From Dehalococcoidia bacterium (GTDB lineage: Bacteria > Chloroflexota > Dehalococcoidia > Lucifugimonadales > G963668185), in contig OZ253485.1 of the NCBI GenBank assembly GCA_965261935.1, positions 1,573,173-1,637,172 on the forward strand: a stretch of DNA of 64,000 bases, read 5' to 3'. Positions 8,738 through 19,288 of this stretch are shown piece by piece. Positions within the stretch are counted from its first letter, which is position 1. Each line of letters begins with the position of its first letter. Both the position numbers and the translations under genes were made by a program. Below the pieces are notes generated by a model. The model had not been told where the DNA came from. It worked only from the letters and a program-made list of their open reading frames with translations, and searched no databases.

Positions 8738-10918
8738 CTAGGTCAAGGATCTCACACGGTCAATCGAGACCACGCCCTTAACGCCTTCCAGCTTGGAGAA
8801 CAGGCGGTTCAGCTGGTTGATCCCCTTGACGTACACGGTCAGGATGATCACGGTCATGCCGTGAGCCGGCTCCGAGACGCAGTTGCTGATGTTGACCCGC
8901 TCGTTGGATACGAGCGATGTCACGTCGCCAAGCAACCCGACGCGGTCCCACGCCTCCAGTCGGACTCGCACCGGGTACACCTCGTGCGACTCGCCCCAGC
9001 CCACGGGCACAAGCCGCTCCTTCTCGTCCTCGGCCAGGATGTTCGGACATGTCGGCCTGTGAACGGTTACGCCCCGGTTTCGAGTGATGTAACCGACTAT
9101 CTGGTCGCCGCGTATGGGGTTGCAGCAGCCGGCCATGCGGGTCAGCAGGTCGCCAACCCCCATAACCTCGATGCCGGCGGCAGGCCCCACCGTGGGGAGC
9201 ATTATCGGCTTCTCTGGCTGCGGGGAGACGTCCTCGGCCGTGAGCCTGTTTACCACTTGAGCGACGGTTACCGTTCCGTTGCCTAGGGCGATGTACAACT
9301 CGTCCGTGGTGTCGAAGCCCGTTAGTTTCGCCACGTCAATGTTGTCGATCTCCGTGGTCAGCCGCCGGATCTGCTTGTTGTAGATCTCTCGGCCTTGGGC
9401 TAGGTTCGCGTCCCGCTCCTGCCTCTTGAACCACAGTCTGATCTTGGATCTCGCGGACCCGCTCCGTACGTAACCTAGGTCCGGATTCAGCCAGTCGCGG
9501 CTTGGACCGCGCTCAGTCTTGGCGGTGAGTATCTCCACCGTGTCCCCGTTCTGCAGCCGGTTGGACAAGGACACCAGCTTGCCGTTGACCTTGGAACCGA
9601 TACAACGGTGCCCAACGTCCGTGTGGATGCGGTATGCGAAGTCCAAAGGCGTGGACTCGGCGGGCAGCTCCTTGACTTGTCCTTTCGGAGTGTAGACGAA
9701 CACCTGGTCGTCGAAGATGTCCGTCTTGAACGACTCGACGAACTCCTCGGCAGAAGTCACGTCTCGCTGCCACTCCAGGAGTTGCCGGAGCCACGTCATC
9801 TTCTCCTCGAACTGCACGTCGGAGGCGCCGCCCTCTTTGTACAGCCAGTGCGCCGCTACCCCGTACTCGGAGATGCGGTGCATCTCCACAGTGCGGATCT
9901 GTATCTCGACTGGGTTCTGCTCCTCGGCAAGGACCACCGTATGAAGCGACCGGTACAGGTTGTCCTTCGGGTTCGCGATGTAGTCGTCGAAGCTGGCGGG
10001 AATCGGGTTCCAGCGTGAATGGATCGCCCCAAGCGCCCCGTAGCAGTCCGACACCTTCTGCACCAGCACGCGAAGCGCGAACAGGTCGTATATCTCGTCC
10101 GCCGAGCGGTTCTGTTCAGCGTACTTGCGGATTTTCTTGTGGATGCTGTAGATGTTCTTGGGCCTGCCCGAAACCTCGGCGTCGATCCCGGCTACCTTTA
10201 GTTCAGCCTTCAGCAGCCCTATCACCCTCTCGATGTACTCTTCGCGCTTCTGCCGCTTGGAGGCCAGAAGTTCTGAAACGAAACGGTAGGACTCTGGCTC
10301 GATGTGCTGGAACGCCAAGTCTTCAAGTTGCCACTTGGCTTCCCAGATGCCAAGCCTGTGTGCCAGTGGAGCGTAGATATCCAGGGTCTCCTGGGCGAAG
10401 ATCCTTCTGCGTTCGGGTGGCAGGCTGTCCAGGGTCCGCATGTTGTGGAGCCGGTCCGCCAGCTTGATGAGGACCACGCGGATGTCCTCCGCCATGGTCA
10501 TCAGCATCTTTCGAAGAGTGGCCGCTTGGGCGAGCCCGTCCGCTGCGGTCAATCTGAGGGACGACTCGCGCTCTTCTGAGATCGCCTCCGCTTGCGTCAG
10601 CTTCGTGACACCGTCCACGAGGTGGGCGATCTCGTTACCGAAAGCACCTTCCAGGTCCTCGTAGCTGACCTCCTCGCAGTCCTCTAGTACGTCGTGTAGT
10701 AGAGCTGCGGCCAACGCCGAAGAGTCGAGCTTCAAGTCTGCGAGATAAAGGGCAGTCTGCAGCGGATGCTCGATGAACGGCTCGCCGGACATTCTTAACT
10801 GGCCGTCGTGAGCGAACTCGGCGAACCGGTACGCGTCTTCGATTACGCCCAGCTTGTCTTCCGGGATGTACTCTCTTGCCCTTGCTAGCAGTGCTTTCAT
10901 GAACTCCCTTGCGCTCAA
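8738..10918 (-). CDS. relA: Bifunctional (p)ppGpp synthetase/hydrolase (long RSH)
   Basis: HD domain, KLADRLHNMRT, synthetase (YRSLHT, EIQIRT), TGS, zinc finger and ACT domains. Confidence 0.97.
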   Translation of the reverse strand: MSAREFMKALLARAREYIPEDKLGVIEDAYRFAEFAHDGQLRMSGEPFIEHPLQTALYLADLKLDSSALAAALLHDVLEDCEEVSYEDLEGAFGNEIAHLVDGVTKLTQAEAISEERESSLRLTAADGLAQAATLRKMLMTMAEDIRVVLIKLADRLHNMRTLDSLPPERRRIFAQETLDIYAPLAHRLGIWEAKWQLEDLAFQHIEPESYRFVSELLASKRQKREEYIERVIGLLKAELKVAGIDAEVSGRPKNIYSIHKKIRKYAEQNRSADEIYDLFALRVLVQKVSDCYGALGAIHSRWNPIPASFDDYIANPKDNLYRSLHTVVLAEEQNPVEIQIRTVEMHRISEYGVAAHWLYKEGGASDVQFEEKMTWLRQLLEWQRDVTSAEEFVESFKTDIFDDQVFVYTPKGQVKELPAESTPLDFAYRIHTDVGHRCIGSKVNGKLVSLSNRLQNGDTVEILTAKTERGPSRDWLNPDLGYVRSGSARSKIRLWFKRQERDANLAQGREIYNKQIRRLTTEIDNIDVAKLTGFDTTDELYIALGNGTVTVAQVVNRLTAEDVSPQPEKPIMLPTVGPAAGIEVMGVGDLLTRMAGCCNPIRGDQIVGYITRNRGVTVHRPTCPNILAEDEKERLVPVGWGESHEVYPVRVRLEAWDRVGLLGDVTSLVSNERVNISNCVSEPAHGMTVIILTVYVKGINQLNRLFSKLEGVKGVVSIDRVRSLT

Positions 10919-11037
10919 AGCTGTCAGGAGCCGCGCAGCCAGATTATATAACGGCTTTGCCGTCTAAATTCCCGTCTGCTGTGCTTAGAACCTGATAAGT
11001 CGTACAATTGGGTACCACCAGTCGAAAGGAGCACGGA

Positions 11038-12336
11038 ATGCCGTCGGATACCCTAACGATCATCGACAACCGTACGGGCAGGCAGTATTCCATGCCCATA
11101 TCTGAGGGGACGATACGCGCTGACGACCTGCGCCAGATCAAGACCTCTGACGAAGACTTCGGCCTCATGAGCTACGACCCCTCCTTTCTCAACACCGCCA
11201 CTTGCCACAGCGACATCACGTATGTGGACGGAGAGGCTGGAGTTCTCTGGTATCGTGGATATCCGATCGAGCAACTCGCCGAGAAGTCGTCGTTCCTCGA
11301 GACCGCGTACCTGATAATCAGAGGTGAGTTGCCTACTCAGCCGCAGTTGGACGAGTGGACCTACAACATCACCATGCACACCCTTCTGCACGAGCGGATC
11401 AAGAAGTTCATGGAGGGATTTCGCTACGATGCGCATCCCATGGGTATCCTGGTCGGCGCCGTCGGGGCCCTTTCCACCTTCTATCCGGATGCCAAGGACA
11501 TCCAGGACCCCGATTCCCGGGATATTCAGACTCACCGCGCCATAGCTAAGATGCCTTCGGTCGCGGCCATGGCCTACAGGCAGAGCTTGGGGCTTCCGTA
11601 CATCTATCCGGACAACGACCTGTCGTACGTCGGCAACTTCCTGAACATGCTTTTCCACCCGCTAGCCGACAGGCACTTTGAGCCTGACCCGGTCTTGGAA
11701 CGCGCCGTGGAGGTACTTTTCATCCTCCACGCCGACCACGAGCAGAATTGCAGCGCAAACGCCATGCGCAGCGTGGCGAGCTCGCATCCGGATCCCTACT
11801 CGGCGCTGGCCGCCGCCGTCGCCGCTCTGTACGGCCCACTGCACGGAGGCGCGAATGAGGCAGTGGTCCGAATGCTGGAGGAGATCGGCTCGGTGAGCAA
11901 CGTACCCGCCGCGATAGATCGGTTTAAGAACAAGGGCGGGCGCCTCATGGGATTCGGCCATCGTGTTTACAAGAACTACGACCCGCGGGCGCGCATTGTG
12001 AGAGATCTTGCCTACGATGTCTTTGAAGTTACGGGCGCTAACCCTCTGCTTGACATCGCGGTCGAATTGGAGCAGGCGGCTCTAAGTGACGACTACTTCA
12101 TAGAGAGACAACTTTACCCCAACGTGGACTTTTACTCAGGCATCATCTACCAGGCCATGGGCTTTCCGACCGAGATTTTCCCGGTGCTGTTCGCAATACC
12201 CCGCACGGTAGGGTGGATGGCGCAATGGCGCGAGGCGATCACGGACAAGGAGCAGAAAATCGCGCGGCCCAGGCAGGTGTACTCCGGCATGGACAGGCGC
12301 GACTACGTGCCCATGTCTGGACGCGACTTACCCTAA
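11038..12336 (+). CDS. gltA: Citrate synthase
   Basis: HADHEQN, GPLHGGANE, GFGHRVYK and PNVDFYSG motifs. ATG at 11038 after AAGGAG. Confidence 0.97.
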   Translation: MPSDTLTIIDNRTGRQYSMPISEGTIRADDLRQIKTSDEDFGLMSYDPSFLNTATCHSDITYVDGEAGVLWYRGYPIEQLAEKSSFLETAYLIIRGELPTQPQLDEWTYNITMHTLLHERIKKFMEGFRYDAHPMGILVGAVGALSTFYPDAKDIQDPDSRDIQTHRAIAKMPSVAAMAYRQSLGLPYIYPDNDLSYVGNFLNMLFHPLADRHFEPDPVLERAVEVLFILHADHEQNCSANAMRSVASSHPDPYSALAAAVAALYGPLHGGANEAVVRMLEEIGSVSNVPAAIDRFKNKGGRLMGFGHRVYKNYDPRARIVRDLAYDVFEVTGANPLLDIAVELEQAALSDDYFIERQLYPNVDFYSGIIYQAMGFPTEIFPVLFAIPRTVGWMAQWREAITDKEQKIARPRQVYSGMDRRDYVPMSGRDLP

Positions 12337-12381
12337 GCCGCGCCTTCTTGCCGCATTTCTTCTCTGAGAGTCCATTCCCGC

Positions 12382-13266
12382 GTGGGCGGGAATGGAAAAG
12401 AACCCCTGCGGCAAGAACGGGATACTGATTTGGAAAAATTTATCGAAGCCAATCGCGCACACTGGAACGAAGTCACTCCGATCCACGAAGGATCCGATTT
12501 CTACGATACAGAGTCGTTCAAGGCCGGCCGGAACACTCTGCACCGTATCGAGTTGGAGGCGGTTGGAGATGTGTCCGGGAAATCGCTTTTGCACCTCCAG
12601 TGCCACTTTGGTCAGGACACTCTCTCCTGGGCGAGGCTCGGCGGGAAGGTGACGGGCGTGGACATCTCCGACGATTCTATTGCCCTGGCGAAGTCGCTGG
12701 CCGATGAGCTACGTATCGATGCCCACTTCATCCGGTCCAACGTCTATGATCTGCCGCAAGCGCTGTCAGGTACATTCGACATCGTCTTCTGCTCATACGG
12801 ATGCCTGCTGTGGCTTCCCGACATGCAGAGATGGGCGGATGTCGTAAGCCACTTCCTGCGGCCTGGAGGTACGTTCTTCCTGGTTGAGTTCCATCCTATG
12901 GCAAACATCTTCGATGACGAGCGCCGGGATGGCCGCCTCGAAGTGCGGTACCAGTACTTCAATGGCGGAGAGCCTGTGGAGTGGTTGCCAGACGGCACGG
13001 GATCCTACGCTGATCATGACTACGCTGATCATGACGCGGTTCTCAATACCGCCACTTATGAGTGGCCTCACAGTCTTGGTGAGGTGATAACCGCCCTGGC
13101 ATCGGCGGACCTTCGGATCGAACATCTCCACGAGTTCCGGCACAGCGTCTACCAGCACCTGGCGATAATGCAACAGGGGGATGACGGTTTGTGGCGCCTG
13201 CCCGATAAGACCGACTCCGTTCCGCTGATGTATTCCATCAAAGCTTCGAAGTCAGAGTTGCCATAG
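12382..13266 (+). CDS. Class I SAM-dependent methyltransferase
   Basis: LHLQCHFGQD motif I variant; LRPGG..FHP. True start may lie slightly downstream. Confidence 0.9.
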   Translation: MGGNGKEPLRQERDTDLEKFIEANRAHWNEVTPIHEGSDFYDTESFKAGRNTLHRIELEAVGDVSGKSLLHLQCHFGQDTLSWARLGGKVTGVDISDDSIALAKSLADELRIDAHFIRSNVYDLPQALSGTFDIVFCSYGCLLWLPDMQRWADVVSHFLRPGGTFFLVEFHPMANIFDDERRDGRLEVRYQYFNGGEPVEWLPDGTGSYADHDYADHDAVLNTATYEWPHSLGEVITALASADLRIEHLHEFRHSVYQHLAIMQQGDDGLWRLPDKTDSVPLMYSIKASKSELP

Positions 13267-13356
13267 CCCCGACCCTCATTTCTTGGCACATCCGCCTGCT
13301 ACTTAGATTGGGCTATAATTGCATGCTGGGGCGTCTGGCAGGCGGTCCGACGATAA

Positions 13357-13929
13357 ATGAAGCAGGGCCGTTGGGAGGAGGTTGGCTTTAGGTTGAAGGT
13401 GAGGAACGGCTCCAGAGGCCTTGCCATTCGCTGTGTGGGGATCCTGGTCGCAGTATTGCTGACCATCGCGCAAGTTGCCTGCCAGGAAAGGCCCGAGTTC
13501 ATCACCGGTACTGCGCCTGACTTGGCCGGCGACGTTGTCGTTGCCAGTCCTCCCTTGTATGACTACGCACCCTGGCCGGACGAGCCAACACCAACACCTT
13601 GGCCCGAAGGCGTCATTCCGTTTATCCGCCACATCGCACAACCGGATGGTGCACGGGAGTTGCTGGTGGATACTGAGCCTCTTTATCAGCACTTCCAGTA
13701 CACCTTGCGGGATGTTCAGATTGCTGCTGGCGAGCGCGTTACGTTCAACTTCAAAGCGCGGAAGGAATACCATACGTTCACCATCGACGGACTAGGGATC
13801 GATGAAGTCATAACGCCCGGGCAATCAAACAAGTTCTCGTACACGTTCCACATCCCAGGCAGCTATGAGTTCTACTGCATCCCACATCCGTACATGACAG
13901 GCGTCATTACGATTGGGGAAGCCGAGTAG
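13357..13929 (+). CDS. Cupredoxin (type 1 copper) lipoprotein
   Basis: Lipobox-like VAC; YHTF His ligand; C-terminal YCIPHPYM. Confidence 0.85.
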   Translation: MKQGRWEEVGFRLKVRNGSRGLAIRCVGILVAVLLTIAQVACQERPEFITGTAPDLAGDVVVASPPLYDYAPWPDEPTPTPWPEGVIPFIRHIAQPDGARELLVDTEPLYQHFQYTLRDVQIAAGERVTFNFKARKEYHTFTIDGLGIDEVITPGQSNKFSYTFHIPGSYEFYCIPHPYMTGVITIGEAE

Positions 13930-14485
13930 GCTATGTTCACGGTCCAACGCCAATGAGGCGTACACGTTGACGGGACCTGGCAGGAAGCTGCTATTCGTCG
14001 GGACTGCATTGGCGCTCTTGCTATCCGTAGTAGCTGCCTGCAGGGCCGACGACATCGTGATACCTGAACCTGTTGCGGTGGATGTGCCAATTGCAACTCA
14101 GGAGCCGGAGCCGATAAATACACCGGTGCCCGCGCACATGGCCACGCGAATCGCGGCAAGGGAAGAGGGATACAAGACGTTTTACATGGTTACCGAGACC
14201 GCACCGGGCGAGTACGGCTTTCAACCGAACAAGCTCACCTTGGAGGAAGGGGACAATATCCGACTGTTGCTTAAGGGTACGGTGGAGCCCGAAGGGTACG
14301 GCTACCATACGTTCACACTCCCGTCGCAAGGATTCAGCGTACTGGTGCCGGAGCGTACAAAGTCTGTGTGGCTGACATTCGACGAGCCGGGAGAGTTCGA
14401 GTTCTACTGCATACCCCATCCGTGGATGAGGGGCACTATCACCGTGCTGCCTGAGGGTGAGCTTCCGGACGCTGACTCCGGCTGA
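13913..14485 (+). CDS. Cupredoxin (type 1 copper) lipoprotein
   Basis: Lipobox-like AAC; YHTF; YCIPHPWM. Start uncertain. Confidence 0.85.
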   Translation: MGKPSRLCSRSNANEAYTLTGPGRKLLFVGTALALLLSVVAACRADDIVIPEPVAVDVPIATQEPEPINTPVPAHMATRIAAREEGYKTFYMVTETAPGEYGFQPNKLTLEEGDNIRLLLKGTVEPEGYGYHTFTLPSQGFSVLVPERTKSVWLTFDEPGEFEFYCIPHPWMRGTITVLPEGELPDADSG

Positions 14486-14771
14486 CCAACGAGCGCCGCT
14501 ACATTGGTGGCTGGTGAGTGTTTCCGCCACATCCCCTCAAGGCGGCGGGAGTACGTTACCTGTCGGCCAAGCCTGCTTTGCTTCTATCGTGATGCCGCCT
14601 CTAGGCCTGCCCTGTCGGCAGTTGGGTCACAGTTAGCCCATGCTTGTGATTTCGGTAACAATCTTGACAACATTCGTAGTAGCAGGCAGTATCCGGCACA
14701 ATGCATGGGAAGCGCCCGCAGCAGATAGCGGCGCCCTCCATAGCTGCCCAAAACACTCTAGGTGACAGACC

Positions 14772-16811
14772 ATGGGTAAGTACATCATCAGGAGAGTCCT
14801 CCTAATCATACCGACGTTGCTCATCGCGTCGTTTATCGTCTCAGGTCTGATCAGGATACTGCCGGGAGACTTCATAGAGGCGATCAACATTCAGGGCAGG
14901 GAGGCCGGGACCCTTGCGGGCGAACAGGGTGACTCCATAGCTCGCGCAAAGCTGGGATTGGACAAGCCGTTCTTGGGCCAGTACGTGAGATTCATCCTAG
15001 GCTGGCCAGAAAGAGAAGGCCGCCTGATCAAGGGCACTGAGAGCTCCAAAGACCTGAGCATTACGTTTAAGGAATTGGGCGAGATTGCCAGTGAACCTTT
15101 TACCTCGGCTACGTTTCGAACGCACTTGGAGGGCTGGGCCACCGGTGGCGAGATTATCTGGGGCACGACCAACGGCAGGTCGTGGACACCCGAAATCAAG
15201 GGTGAGCACCGCATTAACGCCGTCGACTACGCGGACGAAGAGTACGTGTGGGCAATTGGCGAAGACGGGTCCATCCTTCACTCGAATGAGGGAGGGCATC
15301 TGAAACTTGTGGGAGGTGCGCGCAAGTTCACCTGGAAACCTCAGTGCATCTCATTCGTGTTTACGGAAAAAGGCAATATCAGCGACTGTGACGAGTTCTA
15401 CACAGCGGAAGACCTACATGCCTTGGATGTGATCGATCGCGAGCATGTATGGGTCGTCGGTAACAACGGCTCTATCCTGAAGTCGGTTCCGTCCATGGAG
15501 ACTGATGAGGAGACTGGTGAGCAGGTCCTGGCCAACAGGTGGGAGACGCTTAACAGCGGTGTTGGCGTGAACTTGAGGGGCGTGGCCTTCTTGGACATTA
15601 ACCAGGGGTTTGTGGCTGGAGGCGGAGGAACGATTCTCAGGACGACCGATGGCGGAACCAACTGGGTTGCCATGTCTACAGGGACAGACGAGGATCTTCT
15701 GGATATCAGCATGGCCAACCCCTCGAACATCGTGGCGGTTGGCGCGAACGGTACGGTTGTACATAGCGCTGACGGCGGGAGCAATTGGACCGCCAGCCAA
15801 CTCACCTACCAGGATGAGAACGGCGCCACCGTTGCTGTAACCAGCAAGCTGCACGAGGTGGAGTTCACAGCGGAGGGAGACCGAGGGTTCGTAGGCGGCG
15901 ATCCCATGATCGTGGCCAGGACCACTGACATGGGACAGTCCTGGGAGAACATGCCACTGGTTGAAAGTGACGGCATCGCGATAAACGAGAGGCCTATTAC
16001 CGGCGTGGCCATGGGCCAGACCGGTTCCGGCTCGGTGCGCATGTACATCTCCAGTTGGAGAGCATTCTGGCGCTGGGGCGCTCTTGGCGCAAACCTCGGA
16101 GAGTCCTTCACCGGTACGCGTACCGTGTTGCAGGACATCGGTCGAACTATTGGGCCCACAATGCAGTTGGGCATAATGACGTTGATCCTTTCCACTTTGG
16201 TGGCCGTACCTTTGGGTATTTTCTCAGCCGTCAGACAGGACACTGTCGGAGACTACGTAGGCAGGTCGGTAGCCATTATGGGTCTTGCAATCCCGTCATT
16301 CTGGTTGGGCACGCTCGTGCTGGTCATCCCAGCCATCCTGTGGGACTGGGCGCCTCCAATGCAGTACGTGTTCTTCTTCGACGATCCGATTCAGAACATA
16401 AAGTTCTTCCTCATACCCACTGCGGTTGCAGGTCTCTTTGGGTCCGCAACGGTCATGAGGATGACGCGGTCGATGATGCTCGAAGTCCTTAGGCAGGACT
16501 ACATCAGGACCGCTTGGTCGAAGGGGTTGCGGGAGCGGTTGGTCATATCGCGGCACGCCGTGAAGAACGCAATGATCCCGATCGTGACGATTATTGGAAT
16601 GCAGGTGCCGCTGATTATCGGAGGGCAGGTCGTCATAGAGCGGCTGTTCAACGTGCCAGGTACCGGTCGGCTCCTGGTGGAGGCAGTGAACAGGCGCGAC
16701 TACCCGGTGCTCCAGGGCATCAACCTGTTCCTCGCGTTCTTCATCGTTACGTCTAACCTGATTGTGGACATTACCTACGGCTACCTGGATCCGAGAATCA
16801 GATACGAATAG
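14772..16811 (+). CDS. Opp/Dpp-family ABC permease (DppB) with inserted YCF48/BNR beta-propeller
   Basis: DppB N-terminus (YIIRR...PGD...LGLDKP..QY) and C-terminus (QDYIRTAWSKGL, RDYPVLQG, DPRIRY), separated by Asp-box repeats. Confidence 0.9.
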   Translation: MGKYIIRRVLLIIPTLLIASFIVSGLIRILPGDFIEAINIQGREAGTLAGEQGDSIARAKLGLDKPFLGQYVRFILGWPEREGRLIKGTESSKDLSITFKELGEIASEPFTSATFRTHLEGWATGGEIIWGTTNGRSWTPEIKGEHRINAVDYADEEYVWAIGEDGSILHSNEGGHLKLVGGARKFTWKPQCISFVFTEKGNISDCDEFYTAEDLHALDVIDREHVWVVGNNGSILKSVPSMETDEETGEQVLANRWETLNSGVGVNLRGVAFLDINQGFVAGGGGTILRTTDGGTNWVAMSTGTDEDLLDISMANPSNIVAVGANGTVVHSADGGSNWTASQLTYQDENGATVAVTSKLHEVEFTAEGDRGFVGGDPMIVARTTDMGQSWENMPLVESDGIAINERPITGVAMGQTGSGSVRMYISSWRAFWRWGALGANLGESFTGTRTVLQDIGRTIGPTMQLGIMTLILSTLVAVPLGIFSAVRQDTVGDYVGRSVAIMGLAIPSFWLGTLVLVIPAILWDWAPPMQYVFFFDDPIQNIKFFLIPTAVAGLFGSATVMRMTRSMMLEVLRQDYIRTAWSKGLRERLVISRHAVKNAMIPIVTIIGMQVPLIIGGQVVIERLFNVPGTGRLLVEAVNRRDYPVLQGINLFLAFFIVTSNLIVDITYGYLDPRIRYE

Positions 16812-16858
16812 CAGCAGCCAAGCCAGGAAGAGAAACCTAGAGCAGAAGGAAGCGAGCC

Positions 16859-17884
16859 ATGGTTATAGAAGGAGCGCCAACTCCAGCCGTCCCCGCAGAA
16901 GGGGTACTCGCAAGGCGCAAGCAGCGCGTGTGGTACATAGACCTGTGGTTCCAACTTTTCAAGACGAAACCTCTGGCGGCGTTCGGTCTCATCCTGATGA
17001 TGTTTTTCGTCGTAATGGGCCTGTTCGCCACCTGGGTTGCCCCGGAAGGGGTGAACGAACCCCACACCGAAAGGCTTATTGAGCAGGAGGACTTCGGCGG
17101 CGTCTTTCAGGCGTTCAGGATACCTGGTCCAAGCTGGCAGCATCCGCTGGGCCTTGATGCAGTGGGGCGAGACTTCCTCAGCCGGATAATCCACGGAGGT
17201 CGCACGTCCGCCTTGGTGGGGCTCGGCGTTGTGGGACTGAGTGTGGCATTGGGAACGTTAATTGGCGTGTATTCTGCTTGGTACGGCGGCACTTTTGACA
17301 TGGTCGTCCAACGAATCGTGGACGGTTGGCTCACGTTCCCGCAACTTCCGGTTCTGATTACGCTCGTAGCTGTGTTTCCACCTCATTTTTCCGACGTACC
17401 CCTTTTGGGTTCCTTGCCTTATTTGAAAGACATGCCTATCGCAGGATGGGCCATGTTCAAGATCATTCTGGCCATCGGCATTCTGTGGACGCCGTGGTAC
17501 GCCAGAGTGCTTCGCTCGTCTGCGCTGGTGATCAAGGAGAGCCAGTACGTAGACGCCGCCAACGCGATGGGCGCCACGAGCCAGCGAATAGTGTTAACCC
17601 ACATAGTGCCGAACGTGATGGCGGCGGTGCTCACGCTGGCAACGCTCAGCTTGGGCAGCGCCATTCTCGCTGAAACCACGCTCAGCTTCCTCGGCTACGG
17701 CGTTCCGCCGCCCAACCCGACGTGGGGCGGCATGCTTACCATGGGCGGCGTAAGCCATCTGTACTCAGCACCTTGGTTGGCGATCTTCCCCGGCATAGCT
17801 ATCTCGCTGATGGTCTTGGGCATCAATCTGCTGGGAGACGGACTCAGGGACCTGCTTGATCCAAGGATGCGCGGTCAGCAGTAA
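16859..17884 (+). CDS. Opp/Dpp-family ABC permease (DppC)
   Basis: HPLGLDAVGRD, EAA-loop region, PTWGGML and GDGLRDLLDPR motifs. Confidence 0.95.
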   Translation: MVIEGAPTPAVPAEGVLARRKQRVWYIDLWFQLFKTKPLAAFGLILMMFFVVMGLFATWVAPEGVNEPHTERLIEQEDFGGVFQAFRIPGPSWQHPLGLDAVGRDFLSRIIHGGRTSALVGLGVVGLSVALGTLIGVYSAWYGGTFDMVVQRIVDGWLTFPQLPVLITLVAVFPPHFSDVPLLGSLPYLKDMPIAGWAMFKIILAIGILWTPWYARVLRSSALVIKESQYVDAANAMGATSQRIVLTHIVPNVMAAVLTLATLSLGSAILAETTLSFLGYGVPPPNPTWGGMLTMGGVSHLYSAPWLAIFPGIAISLMVLGINLLGDGLRDLLDPRMRGQQ

Positions 17885-17989
17885 TCGATCGAATACGTGA
17901 TGAGATTGCAGGCACCCCGACAGGTGTTCGGGGCGCCTGCATTTGTGCGAAGAATGGACTTGGCCGGCCCGGCCGTACAGGAGAATTGA

Positions 17990-19288
17990 ATGGCAGGCAC
18001 GAAACTGGATAGCGCAGAGGTCGTTGTCATAGGCGGAGGCGTCTCCGGCCTGAGTTCGGCATGGTGGCTCGCGCAGCAGGGAGCGGACGTAGTCGTGCTG
18101 GAAAAGGGCGTAGTCGGCTGGGAGGCATCGGGCCGCAACGGCGGCGGGCTGGGACATCGGGCGGGCGACCCGCCGGTCACTCCGCTGGCCACTCAGGCGC
18201 TCAAGCTGTGGCCTGAGATGCACGAGAGACTCGGCTACCCGACCGAGTACATACCAGGCAGGCTCCGGGTGGCGCTGACCGAGCGCCAGATGCAGATGTG
18301 CGAGATGTCCCATGAGCACTGTCTTAAGGTGGGTGTCGACTCGGAGCTCATGGATCCGAAGGCCATCAAGGAGCTGGTGCCGGTTGTGAACCCAGCAGTT
18401 GTTGGCGGCGTGATGGCGCCTGCCGAAGGCAAGACCAATCCTCAGCGCGTGGTCCAAGCGTACGCCTGGGCGTTCCAGGACCTGGGCGGACGGCTGTACC
18501 AGCACACCACGGCTACGGGATTCCTGATGAGCGGCGGGAAGGTGACGACGGTGGAGACGAATCGCGGCGAGATCGACTGCGACTTCGTGGTCAGCGCGGC
18601 GGGCCCACAGACAGGGCTACTTGCCGAGATGGCGGGCGCGTTCGTTCCAGTGTCGCCGGCCCGAGTGGAGATCATAGTCACGGCGCCGATTCCCCGGCAC
18701 TGGGCAGGCGGATTCGTGGGCAACGGGTTGTACGGCCGGCAGACGGTGCGCGGCAATCTGGCGTATGGCGGCGGCCCGCACGAGTGGATAGACGTGGACA
18801 ACACGACGCCGAGGAAGCCAAACACGCCCCTGATCCGGAACATTGCGCGGCGCTTGGCTGAGCTGCTGTCAGGCGCGGCCGAGGTGCCAGTGATCCGGAG
18901 CTGGTCGGGAGTGGTGGAACAGACGCCGGACCTCTGGCCGATCATCGACTTTCTGCCGGAGCCGTCCAACTACCTGCTTGTCACCGTGTCGGGGCACGGG
19001 TATGGCCTCTCCCCCGCGACAGGCATGGTGGTTAGCGAGTTGATCCTCAAGGGCGAGACGACTGTGAACATCGACGGGCTTGGCATGTCGCGTCTGGCAG
19101 ACATTCCGAGGGACTGGAAGGAGGAGCGGGGCTGGGTGCCCCTGCCAGAGAGCAGCACCCACCGGGAGTACCCGTACTCGCACTACGAAGGCGTCGTCGG
19201 AGGCTTACCTCAGGAAGTGCTGCAGGGGTCCGCCGGAGGCTCGCCCAGAACAGTGCCGGATGAGTCGGGAGAACAGTTCGTCTGCTAG
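17990..19288 (+). CDS. FAD-dependent oxidoreductase (DAO/sarcosine oxidase beta-like)
   Basis: GGGVSG dinucleotide motif, ASGRNGG, TPD..PII and SGHGYG motifs. Confidence 0.9.
   Translation: MAGTKLDSAEVVVIGGGVSGLSSAWWLAQQGADVVVLEKGVVGWEASGRNGGGLGHRAGDPPVTPLATQALKLWPEMHERLGYPTEYIPGRLRVALTERQMQMCEMSHEHCLKVGVDSELMDPKAIKELVPVVNPAVVGGVMAPAEGKTNPQRVVQAYAWAFQDLGGRLYQHTTATGFLMSGGKVTTVETNRGEIDCDFVVSAAGPQTGLLAEMAGAFVPVSPARVEIIVTAPIPRHWAGGFVGNGLYGRQTVRGNLAYGGGPHEWIDVDNTTPRKPNTPLIRNIARRLAELLSGAAEVPVIRSWSGVVEQTPDLWPIIDFLPEPSNYLLVTVSGHGYGLSPATGMVVSELILKGETTVNIDGLGMSRLADIPRDWKEERGWVPLPESSTHREYPYSHYEGVVGGLPQEVLQGSAGGSPRTVPDESGEQFVC

Noticed and set aside
14490-14770. Riboswitch or ncRNA upstream of the ABC permease
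   Set aside because: Only a TTGACA promoter-like sequence and weak hairpins; no recognisable aptamer. An Rfam scan would settle it.
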